Source: Octopus sinensis
Taxonomy: Eukaryota
Assembly (NCBI RefSeq): GCF_006345805.1
Contig: NC_042998.1
Span: forward strand, 161,572,001-161,636,000
Length of the DNA stretch: 64,000 nucleotides
Direction of reading: 5' to 3'
The notes under the pieces are model-generated. The model was given only the letters and a program-made list of their open reading frames with translations. It was not told the origin of the DNA and ran no database searches. Both the position numbers and the translations under genes were made by a program. This document shows positions 9,931-23,558 of the stretch, piece by piece (position 1 is the first letter of the stretch; each line of letters starts with the position of its first letter).

Positions 9931-12271
9931 TGAGAAATTCCTTCGACATTATTAACCTTTTAGAATAACTAATTGGTTTGGCCCTTTTGTGACCCTATTT
10001 TTGATTAAATATATTGCCTTACATGCTTAAATTTATCTAGAAAATAAACAAAAATTTGGAAGGATTCTGTACAATAATCAAACTTTGCAATTATTTAGTT
10101 GATCTTTAGAATGTAAGTTAATAAAAGGTTCTTGCATGAAATTATGATGGAAAGTTTCCAATTTGGATATGAAAACTTTAAAATAACCAGTTTTTGTATT
10201 TATAGAAAACCATAGAAGCTCTCAAGCAGAATAATATGGAAAGGAATTAAGTTACAATTAATAGCAAAGATTTTTACCTACAAAGAAGCTGACTATGTAC
10301 CTTAGTGTGTCATCTAATGGCACCTAATGATGAATGGATGTAAACGTTCTGAAATAGTATTATATAAGAACACACCCTGCCAGAAAAAGTAAGTTTAATA
10401 AGCAGTGTAAATCTTCCATTAGTGAAGAAACTCCTAAAACATTTTGGCATATTTTATCATGTGTTTGCAATAATTTGGTATCAACACTAGTAAACATAAG
10501 TTTTATAATTAATATTAATTGATGATTTAATATCATTGACTAAAAGTGCTCTGAAGCATATATAGTATATCATATTAGTGGAATTATGACTAAGATTTTG
10601 ATTGGTTGCTCTATATTTGATTGGGTTCTCTAAGCCATAGGTTTATATAATTTCAGGTTTTAAGACAATAAGGATTTAGTCTGAATGTCTGCAATCTTTA
10701 TCACAGCTATAATGTTTTAAGATTAGGTAATGTCATAATGAAAATTAATCCATTTTTCTACTAGGGTACATAAAAATTAGGACTAAAATGAAATCTCCAG
10801 AGAACATATAGAGTATTGCTAGCAAGCATAGAATTGGTTGAGCAAAGTCATCCCACCTACACCATTATGGATAATCAGATTTAAAGACTGTGATGTCAAC
10901 ACAAAATAACTGCATAAATAAATAAGTAAAAATATATAAAAAAAAAATCGAGACTACTGTGGATATGAATGCAATCTAATACAGTAAATAAATAAATGAA
11001 TGAATGTGTGTGTGTGTATGTATATATATATATATATATAAATAGCGACTAAGCATATTTCAAATGATATATTTCTTTTATTAGTGGAAACAGATCTAGA
11101 AAAATTGTATGGAGTAATTTAAAACTGTATTTATTTCATTCAACTATTAATCATGCAAAATTCTTTTCAGCAGGAACATGAATTAAATACATTTATTAAA
11201 ATAGAGTGGAATTATCTTTTTTCTTCTTGTGTCACTTATACGCCAGTTGTTTTACAGTGGAACTGTTGGGTGAAATGTAAATATTTTGAATCAAGAAAGG
11301 GGGAATGAATGATGCGAGTGTTATTGGTCTTTAAATTATGAGAAATCAACAAATGGAGAACCATCAGACTTAATGGTGCCAACAGACTTTCATGTTCACA
11401 TACAAATTATAAATGCTAATTACTTTACTGTGGTCAAAGATATTTTACAAAAAGACAAAAAAATTTTAATTCCAATTCTTTTTAACTGGATATTGGCTTC
11501 AAATTGAATTTCAGGATATTTCATGACTACTGTCCTACAGTAGATGAAATTCGTCATCAACATAATCATCATCACCACCATCATCAGCATCAATTTTGTG
11601 TTGTCATCATCGTCATCATTGCTATTGTTGTCATCATCATTATCATTCCAGTCACTTAAGTGTTGGCTTATCCAGCCTGATCAGCTCTATTAATATGAAA
11701 CTAACAACAAAAACTGCCATATATTATATTAATATTATGCATAATCTGTTGAAATCTTTTTGCCAGCATGAATGAATTACCATGAAAGAACAGTTTACGG
11801 TAATAGTCAATGTCTCATTTATTCTTTATTGCATTAAAACTATTAAAAATCTATATTGGGCAATAAACAATAAATAATATACAATAGTTATAGAATAGTA
11901 ACTGTCTTATATACAGAAGGCAGCCAAAATTTGAAGATTAAGTTTAACAATCCCTCAGAAGGTTAGATTGTCATCTAAAATTATTCCCAGAACTTCTTGT
12001 TATGTTTCAATGTGGCAAAGCAGAGATAGCCAAAAAATATTCAGTAATTTATTTTGTCTTTTTTAAAAGTATTTTGTGCTTCAGTGACACTATTTCTTCA
12101 TCTTCATTTCCACTGTTTTATCTATTTCATTCCAAGAAAATATAATGCATTGTCTAACCATTTAGTTGGTCAGTACAAATTAGGGTGTTATGCCCCAAAA
12201 TATGATGTCACTACTGCCGCAAAATTTCTTGAAATAAATGTATTCAGTCTGTAGGTTTAAGCATGGATAGG

Positions 12272-12430
12272 TATAGGCATGGCTGTGTGGTAAGAAGCTT
12301 GCTTCCCTAGCACATAGTTCCAGGTTCAGTCCTATTGCATGGAACTTTGTGCATGTGTCTTCTACTATAGCCTATGCTTGGTGAAAGTCTTGTGAGTGGA
12401 TTTGGTAGAGGGAAACTAAAAGATGCCCAT
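12272..12430 (+). mobile_element. SINE family A, 5' half
   Basis: ggcatggctgtgtggtaagaagcttgcttcc...ccaggttcagtcc...gtggatttggtagagggaaact. Confidence 0.8.
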
Positions 12431-12494
12431 TATATATATATATATAAAACTTGGAAGAGGATGCATGGCGTTCAATCATATAATAATAATAATG

Positions 12495-12527
<33 letters not shown>

Positions 12528-12530
12528 TAT

Positions 12531-12995
12531 ATGTATCATCATTTAATGTCCATTTTCAATACTGGCATGGGCTGGGTGGTTTGATTGGAACTGGTAAGGC
12601 CAGGGGTCGCATCAAGCTCCATTGTCTGTTCTGGCATGATTTCTACTGCTGGATGTTCTTCTTAACACTACCCACTCCACAGAGACAGATGGGCCTTTTT
12701 GAGCACAGCAAGGCACCAGCTATCTCAGTCCTTGTGTGTGTGTATATGAAAGCATGTGCTACTGCCTCCTTGCCTTGACATCACATGATGGTTTTAAATG
12801 AATGTTACCATCATGCCAGCAGTGTCCTTCATTTCTACTCTTCTGCCAAAACATGTCTGGTCATGGGAAAATAATACCTTACTTGAAAACAGGTGAGTGT
12901 TTGTGACAGGAAGAGCATCCAGCCTTAGAAAATCCTTCACCACAAATTCCGTCCAACCCATGCGAGTATGAAATAATGGATATTTAATGATGATA
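12531..12995. mobile_element. Two RTE-type 3' ends back to back: minus-strand tail (about 12531-12720) and plus-strand variant tail (about 12740-12995)
   Basis: Both end in variants of catg..gcatggaaaa.tggacgttaaa(gat)n. The variant tail recurs at about 25627-25835 (-), 56050-56215 (+) and 63300-63520 (+). Confidence 0.65.
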
Positions 12996-14990
12996 ATGAC
13001 AAATGCATTAGAAGCATGAATAAAGTGATACCATATCTGAGAACTGTGAATCTGGGGTTGAGTTTGCTGCTTTCTGTACTAGAATTAATGTACTTGACTG
13101 ATTGAGTTTTCTGTGCAGACATCACAACATTCCATGACAATTATACGTATTCAAGAATGATTAAATGCCAAGTTATTAAATTCCAGATAATCAATTTCTT
13201 ATTTTAATTGAACTTCTTAACAGTATAAACATTAATTATTTACTAGAACTATTTGGGATCTTGTGGTTGTTTGCTAAGATATATTGACTAAAATAATAGT
13301 CATTTTAGAAAAGACAATGAGTTCCAAGATAAGTAACTTTTACAGCCAGATATTGCAAAAGCCTACTGGCTAACGTTCAAACTCACTGGTCGACTGTGCC
13401 AGTATATTTTAGTACCAATAACTGTTAATAGACCTAAGTTATTGTTGCTACCTGCAACTGTTTTGCAGTTCTAGTTCTCTTTTATTGGTGCTTTATTGAT
13501 TTTAGCTCCCTTGATTGGTGTTACAATTCTTATTTAATCATTGAATCAATAAGTGACAGAAACATTTCATAGCACAACATGTTTAAAGGTGAAAGTGAGA
13601 CAAGGAGAATGCTCTCTCAGCAGTGACTTGGTTGTTAGCTGTCTTTTTTTGTGTGTGTAAAGAGAATTCATAGGTCATATACTTAACAGATTTACAAGTA
13701 GTCTTCTCAATATTCAAATTACTCTCCTGTAGGAAATTAGAACTACTTCTGTTAATGATTTTGTTCATTGCTATTGGATCTTTTAATTAAAGGAGGGGGA
13801 AAAACTGCTTAATTCCTTATGAAAGAATAAAACATGCTATTTCAGAAATTGTTTCTTCACTTCTGTAATCTAATGGTGACATTTGAAAATGTTTTGTCTC
13901 ATTCTTTTGTGATACAGTTTGTGCATAAAGACATTTCTAAAATATCTTTTGTTCATTCTGAGACACTAAATTTTATTTGGCATCTTATCATCCTTTATTG
14001 TTCAAACAAAGAAAAGCAAAAAGAAAAAAAATATTGAGTAAACATCTCAAACCTAGTTTTGTGTTGCAACATAACTTTTACAAACATAAATCCACATGTA
14101 TTCAAACAGATGTGAACTTATTTGGACTTTGCTAATGTAAACTGTATAATTGATAGATCTTCAGGGATTTAGAGGTTTTATTTGAAATATTGTCGTTGTC
14201 AACTTAGCAGATTTTTTTTTTATTTTCTCAAGAGACTAATAAACTATGACAAGTGGTAAAAAAATAGATGACTTCATTCATATCTGTTGATTTGTTTTTA
14301 TCATCACCTAATGATCAATTGATTACTCCCTTGCTATAAATCTATTTGATTAAATCTCTCTCTCTCCTTCCATCCCCCTCTATTTTTCTCTCTGTCTGAA
14401 TATCTGTCTGCATCTTCTTTCATACTCTGCCATCATTCGTTCTCTCTCTCTCCTTTCTTTCCTTCCTTCCATATGATGAACATTCTCACATACAAATCTT
14501 TGAGATCTGTCAGATTTACAAACTGATGCTAAAATGGAATGAGCATATAATAACTAATAAAAGCAGTTCCTAACTTATGATGAGTTCTGATCCATCATGG
14601 GCACTGTTTCATTCTGAAAGAATCTCAGAAACAAAACATTTTACTTTTGATATATTTGATAAAATGTAAAACCATTATGAAAATGTTTTATAATAAGCCA
14701 TGGCCATAAGCACTGAAATGCAATATTTATTATTAGAAAAAAATTTATATTTACATTTTAAACTTTTCAGTTTTATGAAAGTATTGAATAAAGACCCCTT
14801 CTTTGAGATCAACTCAGTAAAAGAATATAAACACTATATTTCCCCTGACTTGAGTTGCAATATCACCATGTGTCTCATTCCTGGACATACATCAGAATGT
14901 ATATGAACTAAGTGTAATTCAGTAAGTGTAGTAAGGCTCTTATTCCACAGGCCAGTTCATCTGTCAGAGCATCTATAATCTATATTACAT

Positions 14991-15372
14991 AGGTGAGGTG
15001 TGGCTATGTGGTAAGAAGTTTGCTTCCCCAACTACATGGGTCCAGGTTCAGTCCCACTGAGAGGCACCTTTGACAAGTATCTTCTATAATATTGGGCCAA
15101 CAAAAGCCTTTTGAGTGGATTTGATAAATGGTAACTGAAAGAAACCCATTGTGTGTGTGTGTGTGTGTTTGTCCCCCACCACTGCTTGACAACTGATGTT
15201 AGTGTGGTTATGTCTCTGTAACTTAGCTGTTTGACAAAAAGAGACTGATAGAATAAGTACCAGGCTTGAAAACAAATAAGTACAGGGGTTGATTTATTCG
15301 ACCAAAATTCTTCAAGGCAGAGCCCCAACTTGACCACAGTCTAGTGACTGAACCAAGCAAAAGATAAAAGAT
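14991..15372 (+). mobile_element. SINE family A, full length
   Basis: Head gtggctatgtggtaag, ccaggttcagtcccact, internal (TG)n, tail gactgaaccaagcaaaagataaaag. Confidence 0.85.
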
Positions 15373-18300
15373 TAAAGTTATTTAACTATATTTTTCACTA
15401 AATGCTGCTATATTGAGTTATGGTCCATGCTAAGATAATTGACTAGGTTATTACTAAGTATTATAAGTACCATGTTCTAAAATTTTTCCAAAGTTCCCAA
15501 TATAGTTCTTTATGATTTGTGGAAATTCAGATTTCATAGTGGTTTAGGCATTTCCTTCTTACCATATAAGTTTAGCTATTCCTCTCTTGGTTGTTTCACT
15601 TCCCTCTAAGACTTTCTCATATTCCTTTATACTTGCCTTTAGAGAAACTCCTAATTTCTCCTTTTAAGATTTTTTCTGCAAGTGTATGAGCTGTTATTAG
15701 TATAACTAAGTGTTAACTACTCTTGGGCAGGTTTTATTATTGTGATGAGGAATTTTGCAGTGCACTGTTACTTCTAAACACACTTCTGAGAGTGTTGGTT
15801 GTTGCTGGTTCCAAGCTGGTGCTATAATTATAAAATATCAAAGACAACCCAACTACGACCATAATGTCTTTTTATATGTTTAAATCTATATTGTTCAATG
15901 TATTCTTTCCTTTTCTTTGCAAAAGCCAGGCAGAATTTGAGGAATATTTAGCTTCTATTTCTAGTTGCCAACCATTTTTTTTTACCTATTTTTACACTTG
16001 ATTCCTATTTTACTCAACTGGACCCTCTGATCCATTTGATGTTTTAAAAAAAATCTTATACTTTTATAATTAGATATTATTTGGAATTGTGTGAAATAAA
16101 TTCTTAAAATTTATCTGCAATAAATTGATTATATTTCAATACATAAAATATTTTAACAACCAAATCTTATATGGAGCCCTAAATGCTCATAATAACACTC
16201 AAGGACTATACTGACCCTAGTTGGAAACCACTGATGTAGAAGCTTCTTTACCAGATCATTTTGATGATATATGAGTTGCAGATTTTAGAAATTTTATCAG
16301 ACAGAACCTTGGAGAAAGGGCTTTGAATTTGGCTCAACTTTTACTTTGCTTGATAGACTAACTATTTGTTAATCTGGTATACATATTCCAAATGACTCAT
16401 TGTTTCTATATGAGCTAATATATTGGTGCAGATCATAGCACCAACATTGTCTATGAGGAGAATTTCTCTTCCAAGACAGTTTCTGTGTAGTGAAGGTTTT
16501 CCCATGTTTGAATATAAATGGACATGTTAACCATAATTGCATACACACATAATATATGTGTGTTTGTGTGTGTGAATATATGTCTTTATGTATGTGTGTG
16601 TTTGTGTGTATGTATATATATATATTTATATGTGTATATATAAATATATGTATGCGTATCTATATATTTGTTTGCATGAATATATATACTTGTATATATG
16701 GGTGTGTATATATGTTTTCTTAGTAACAAATTTATTGTGATGCTGTTTTGGATAGACTTTCTATTTAACTTGTGACAGTAATGGGAGTTAATTATAAACA
16801 TTAGTAGAATAATCTGATTACATATTGATAATTGACTCTACTTGTAGCTTAAAATATAAATCATAGTTCTTTTAAACTATATCAAATAATAGTTTTATCT
16901 ATATATCAATGAATTATCGATAGATATGATATGGAACAATAATGTGTCTGTGTGTGTTTTAGGTTTTGCTTATTTGTTCATAATGCCAAATAAAAAAAAA
17001 ATTAACCAATGTAAATATATAGACAATACTATAAAAAGATTATTTGAAAAGGTATGCGAGCGTGGCGGAAGATGTAGAAAAACAACAGCCAAAGAACTTT
17101 CTCCACACACACACATTCACACACCTCATTCATCTAAACACATAAAACTTCAGCTTCTCTCTCTCTTTTTACAACAATAATAATTGTAGCAACAACTAAT
17201 TTAATCTTGTGCAGAAGTGATGTTAATTCTTTGAAATAAATATTTGTTGATCATTTCTTTCTGCACTGTTCCACAAAGTATTTGGAAGTCATAAAGCTTG
17301 TTGAAATTTAATTTTGATTTCTTATGTTAAATAGGAAATACTCCTGCAAAGTTGTCTACTTTTATTGTTTTGTCTTTCTGTGTTTTTTTTTTTTGCTTTT
17401 TGCTTTTGTTATTTTTTTTGTTTTCATTATCTTTGGCGATAACGATAGGAGCAGAAAATAACGGAACATTAATTGTATTATTCCACTGCAATTTTTACTT
17501 TAGACGGAATTAAACAGTAATTTTCTTTGCAGAATATTGAAAAGGGAGTTTGATAATAAAAAAGATAATATAAAATAACAGAAAAGAACAGAAAAAAATA
17601 CATTAAACATTGCTAAAAGATATAAGTGAAAATATTTGTTTAAAAAGTAAAACAATAGCAAAATGTCCATAACAACAAAATTTGTAAAACTTTGATATAA
17701 AAATACCAATAAGCAACAGTATAATTCTTTTATAGAATATACATGTGTGCATACACTGAAATGTGTGTGCATGTGCATGCATGTGTATCTATCTTTTCAA
17801 TTTGAAGAGAGTACCAATATGTGCAGTATGTGTGTGGACATAAACTCATATATCCTTTTATACATAAATGCATTTAGGTAAACTTTGTGAAAATGTGTGT
17901 TTATTCTGACAGGCATATATTTATAATATATGTATGTATCCATGTATATATATGTATGTGTGCATATATTTGCAGGAAATGGATTGATATGTCTATATGT
18001 TTGGATTCTCTTTCTTTTTTCTCCCTCTTAAATTAATGATGTATGGCCAGTTTCTAATCCTGTTTGTTGTATTCTTTCAAACTTCCTGCTTTTCATTTCT
18101 CTATGGACGATGCTTATTTTCATATCTGTGATTCCTTTAGCCATATAGAATATGTGAAGCGCTCCTTTTGTGTTCGTCATTTAGTAAGTTGTACCACCTC
18201 ATTTCATTTTACAAAGTCCTTGCAGCTCGGGTGATCATTCCTCTCTCCAAAATAAGGCTAATCTCTTTTACTTTTCTATTGGTTTTTGCTATTGTTATTT

Positions 18301-19419
18301 TAAAAACAATTTCTTTTAATAGCTCTGAAAAATGTTTTGAAGCTGTTCTTTAGCATAGAGGAGAAATCTACTTGTCGTATAGAAAGTTTTTCAGCTGACT
18401 CAGTTTGTTTTGCTATTTTATTTTGTAAAATTTCATATCCCTGATGCATGATGTTATTTCCTTGTGTGTTGGGTCAATAATATCAAACTTGAAAACATAA
18501 AATTTGGATCAGTTCTTTTATATATTTTTTCGTTTTGTTTTAACTTTATATGTTTACATTCTTGCAGTGTTAGAGTTACACACATGATCACACATACACG
18601 CACACAAAACACAAACAATGCATGTATCAAGGCTTCTATTTTATATATGTGTATAGTTGTATAAAAATGTAGATTATAAAGCCACACATAGAGATGTGCT
18701 TATGTGTATATTGCATTGGCATATACTTTGTGTGTGTGTGTGTATGTGTGTATGTGTGTATGTATGTGTGTTGTGTATGTGCCTATTTATACTTCATAGG
18801 TATCTAATTTATCCTAAACACTTCCTTAGTTTTTGTCAAATGTAATATACCTTTATGTTAGCCAATGAAATAATTATTTCTTGATTTATGTACACTGACT
18901 TCAATGCTTCATTAAAGTGCTGTTATGCTTCCGTCTTCCTATCAATTTCTATACAGTTATGTCCATTTTTCCTGGCTGCTTCATGTCATAATTATTCCAC
19001 CATATTCTTTTATGTATTTCCCTATTTCCCATATATCCTAGATGCTGCTTATTACCATGAAGACAAAACAAAGCAAGCTTTAGATTCAAATATGTGATAA
19101 AAAGTAATTAAAAACAATAAAACCCCAAACTGTGAGCAGTCAGGAATCATTCCACTGTAGATCTCATCATAGTTTTGTCAAATAATTTTTCTTTTTTTCT
19201 TTTTTTGCTGAAAGACTATCAAAATTTTCCAGTCATTAATAACATTTTGATGCAAAATTTTAAAATACTTTTTTTTCTCTCTGGAATAACTTGCAGTTGT
19301 TTACAAGCTAATTTATAAAACTCATACAGGGTTAGGTTGATCACTAGTAGAAGCATTTCCATTTTAATCAGTCACTTTACACATTTTGAATGGCCAAAGT
19401 AATTACTTTTTTATTCATC

Positions 19420-19793
19420 TTTTATTCTTTTACTGGTTTCAGTCATTGGACTACAGCCATTTTGGGCTCTGCATTGAAGGGCTTAGTTGATCAAATCAAC
19501 CCTAGTACTTATTTTATGTCTAGTGCTTATTGTAGTGGTCTTTTTTTCTTTTTATCAAACTGCTAAGTTAGAAAGGGACAGGCTGGCACACACACACACA
19601 CACACATACACACACACACACACATTATACGCTGGGCTCCCACTCTGTTTCTGTATACTAAATTCACTCACAAGGCATTAGTTGGCAGAAGCTGTAGTAG
19701 AAGGTATTTTTTGAGCTGATGTGCCATGGAGCTGAGCCCAAACCCACGTGGTTGCTAAGCGAACCTCTTTGCAACACAGCCATACCTACACCT
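19420..19793 (-). mobile_element. SINE family A, diverged full length
   Basis: Tail ttttactggtttcagtcattgg, internal (CA)n, head cacagccatacctacacct. Confidence 0.75.
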
Positions 19794-20565
19794 GTGTAAA
19801 TTTTGTTTCCTCCTTTCAACTGATATCTTTTCTAACTATTTGTGGATGATACAAATGCTTTTATTGACAAATTTTATGTTGTAAACTTAAAAATTCTGTG
19901 AGACTGATCATCATCATCATCATCATCTCCCACTTTCTCCACCTGCAGCAGAATGCACACTGACACGAGGTAGTTACCTCCAGAGTATGTATCAGAGTAT
20001 GTTATTGGACATAGCTCATGTTAGTTTCATCAGACATACTCTTTTGTGCAGGCTTAGGGCATTTTGGAAGAGGGTATTAATTTTGGGATTTTCCTTGTCC
20101 TAGATTGTTTGCTTTCATTGCAGCTAAGGAAACTCAATCTACTCAATTTACAAAAAGCTATTTAATCCATAGATAGGACCCTGACAGGTCTGAATGGATG
20201 TGAGAATACTGGTAATAAAGGGGTGATTCCACACACATCACAACTCCTAAAACTGGAACCTTACCACCAGATGCTGATAGCATCAGACGGTCACAGTTCC
20301 TACCAGATGTCATATTGGCTGAATCAGTAAACCACCAAATACAATGTTATATGATACTTGTTCTGACTCGCTGTGTTCTGAGTTCAAATCTTACTTGGCT
20401 GGGAAGCAAAGATGTCTTAACTGCAAAGCTATGTTCATGCCTACTGAAAGAACAATAAAACAAGTTCTGGTCAGCAATGCTGCTGGTGACAGTTCTGAAG
20501 AATTTTATGATAAAACTTTTTATTGAAGGTTATGATCAGATGTTTTGTTAATATCTTTGGCAATA

Positions 20566-21016
20566 TAAGGTGGTGAGTTGTCAAAATCAGTAGCATGCTG
20601 GGTAAAATGGTTAGCGGTATTTCATCCGTCTTTATGCTTTCAGTTCAAATGCTACTGGGGTTGACTTTGGTTTTCATTCTTTCAGGGTTGAAAAAGTAAA
20701 TACCAGTTAAATAGTGGGGTCAATGTAATTGATTTAATCCCTGCCACGAACTTGCTGGCCCCTGTGCCAAAATTTGAAATCAACATTTGTGACAATATAA
20801 GGTGGTGAGCTGGCAGAATCATTAGCATGCTGGGCAAAATAAATGCTCAGTGGCATTTCATCCATCTTTATGCTCTGAGTTCAAATTCATCCAAGATCGA
20901 CTTTACCTTTTATTCTTTTGAGGTTGATAAAATAAGTACCAGCTGAGAACTGAGGTGGGGATGTAATTGACTTACCCCTCCCCAAAAGTTGCTGGCCTTG
21001 TGCCAAAATTTGAATC
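20566..21016 (+). mobile_element. Two tandem SINE family B copies (20566-20780 and 20798-21016)
   Basis: Each starts caatataaggtggtgag(t/c)tg and ends tggcc..tgtgccaaaatttgaa. Confidence 0.85.
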
Positions 21017-21226
21017 CAATAAATGTGGCATTAAATGATCAAGACAATAACTGTGTTAGAATCATGATTTTGATAAGAAATTTGGTATTATGTGTTGTGT
21101 TCATTTTGATAGTGTTTGGTGTCACATTTATCTTGATATTGGCACTGGGGCTGTCTTAGTAACTTTGTAGGCAAATCAATGCACTGGGCTCTATAATATT
21201 TTTTATTGATAGTGAGCCACAACATA

Positions 21227-22473
21227 TCAGGTTGTAACATAAGTTCTGTCCAGTTTTCTAATTGAAATAAAAATGAAAATGCAGTCAATGATAGATTTAT
21301 TTAATCAGCGACATAGTCACCATTCTTCTCAATGACATCTTCCCATCTTTCCCTAAGCTTTTTGATACCCTTTTCATAAAATTCATTTGGTTTTGACCCA
21401 AAAAAAGAAACTAGCTTCATTTCAACCTCTTCTCTTGAAGTTAACCAAAGTCCTGCAAAATGATTCTGTAAGCTTCTAAAAAGATGGTAATCTGTTGGAG
21501 CAAGTTCAGGAGAATATGGTAGGTAAAGCATAATTTCCCAGTCAAATTCTTCTAGGAAATTCTTGGTCACTCTTGCAGTGTGGGGTCTGGCATCATCATG
21601 CTGCAGGATCACTCCTTTCCTGTTTACCAATGAAGGCCGTTTACCCTGCAAAACTGTTTTTAAACATCTTAACTGCTGGCCATAAACTTCAGCTGTTATT
21701 GTTTGATTGTCATCTAAAGAGCTCATAATAAACAATTCCCCTCATGTCCCACCATACCCTCAAAAGAATCTTCTTTGAATGCAGACCACTTCGAGGCTGC
21801 TGGATAGGCCTTGAATTACGGCTGAGCCACTGTCTTTTGCACTTAACATTATTGTACAGAATTCACTAGTCATTGCCAGTAATGATTCTGTCTAAAAAAT
21901 AGAAAAGATGTTTGAAGTTCATGGGAATGCAATGAGTCACAGCAGTCCACACATTGTTTGTGATTGTTTTTTGACAGATCATGTGGAATCCATCTTCCTG
22001 CCTTGGAGACTTTACCAAGCCTTCTGTTATTTCACAGTAGATGGTTATATGGCCCATATTAATCTCCTTGCTCAGTTCCCTAGTTGTAATGGTTGGATTT
22101 TCATCCACAGTAGCTTGCAATTCCTAAGAATTGAGTCCTTTGGGGTGTCCTTCTCTTGCTTCTTTTAGACTGAAGTCATCCTTTTTGAAGTCACCCTTTC
22201 TTCTCTAGGTCCTTTCATTCACCATATTTCCATACATGTTTTTGCATAATTTTGGTGCTGAACTTGCTGTATTCCCCTTCTGGAATTCAAATAGCAAATC
22301 ATGCTGTGTGTGCTCTTTACTTGAAGTGTATATTCGTGTCATCTGAAAGAAGAAATAACATTTTAGTGATTTAGATAGCTACAAATATCATTTAGAAACT
22401 AGATTAGTGTAATCATGTCTTATAGTTATTCTTCAAAGAAAAATAAAAAGACAGAACTTTCATTACAACCTGA
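21227..22473 (-). mobile_element. Full-length mariner (DD34D) DNA transposon, decayed
   Basis: TIRs tcaggttgtaacataagttctgtc (from 21227) and gacagaactttcattacaacctga (to 22473), 3 mismatches. TA at 21225-21226 and 22474-22475. About 1.25 kb. Confidence 0.95.
21301..22330 (-). pseudogene. Mariner transposase pseudogene
   Basis: Fragments KEHTQHDLLFEFQKGN, GWIPHDL (WVPHEL-like), FLDRIITGND, ILQHDDARPHTA...YSPELAPTDYHLFRSLQN. 34 residues lie between the second and third catalytic Asp. Frameshifts split the ORF. Confidence 0.92.
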
Positions 22474-23378
22474 TAAATTGATCATAATTGGGCCACTAGA
22501 ACCAGTGGGGCTCCTAGTCAACTGCTTAGTGTGTCCATGCCATAACAGGTCCTGATTGGCATTGGCATGGCTGAAGCATTTATAAGTTTGCTAAACAAGC
22601 ATTGGGTTTTTGGTTTGATCTAGCTGTCTTGAACTGTATCAGTAATTCAAAAAACCAGCTTTGTCATACACATTGTCACATTAATTTTTATGAAAGTTAA
22701 GATAAGGGTACAACTATCTGTGGTATACTCAACCACAAATTATAATTCAATGTAACTTCTCACTCCTCAATGGAGGATGAATTTACCTTTCTGGTGATAG
22801 ATAAGTTAGTACTGTATCTTGTATTTGCATAGGTAGTAATTGTATTGGTTTTGGGAATTTGTAACAGAAATGGATACAATATTTGGTCTCAGCAAGTAAA
22901 TCCAAATACAATCAGGCTTGCAATAAAATAAGTATCAGTAAAATATTGCTATCAATTATGGTGGGTTGACTATACTACTTTCTTTTAATACATGGTGCCT
23001 ATATTCATATGTGAGAAATAATTTATCTTTATATTTTATATGTTGTCAATATATTACTGGTTCTATATCCAATAATTTCTTTTTGAAAGGAATTTCGAAA
23101 TATTTAGCTGGAATTGTAAAGGTAGAAAGGAAAAATGTTTTAGAATGGTTTTTAAAAAAACCCAGAATGAAACAAAATAATAACAAAAACAATTATGAAT
23201 CAGAACCATTTGATAACTATTGGCTGGTCTCTTGCTATCGTAATCTAGATAGAAAATTGAATGCAGAATGCATGTAAAAAACATAAAACAGTTGTCAACT
23301 CCTTCATAAATATGGCTTGTACTTTGAATCACTCATTCTCTTTATTAGGCAATTCAAATACATTCTTAGGCATTCTGC

Positions 23379-23393
23379 ATAATAATAATAATA

Positions 23394-23443
<50 letters not shown>

Positions 23444-23558
23444 TTAATAATAATAATAATAATATTAATAATAATAATATATAATAATAATAATAATAAT
23501 AATAAAAATATAATAATAATAATAATAATAATATTAATAATAATAATAATAATAATAG
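23379..23558. repeat. (AAT)n microsatellite, imperfect
   Basis: Direct reading; it accounts for the poly-I/L/N ORFs in the track. Confidence 0.95.

Noticed and set aside
10100-10900. Possible ancient LINE/PLE coding remnants (also about 4150-4600, 13180-13560, 15400-16030, 17980-18480, 29000-29400)
   Set aside because: Composition suggests decayed coding DNA, but I could not read convincing conserved motifs; needs profile searches.
19985-20045. Minus-strand gagtatgt-CTGATGA...acatactc with an 8-bp stem I
   Set aside because: No GAAA and no stem III; the pairing strand comes from a short local duplication. At best a badly decayed remnant.
20165-20300. Sequence reminiscent of another dispersed SINE-like repeat
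   Set aside because: Single degraded copy in the window with no clear A/B boxes; based on memory only.
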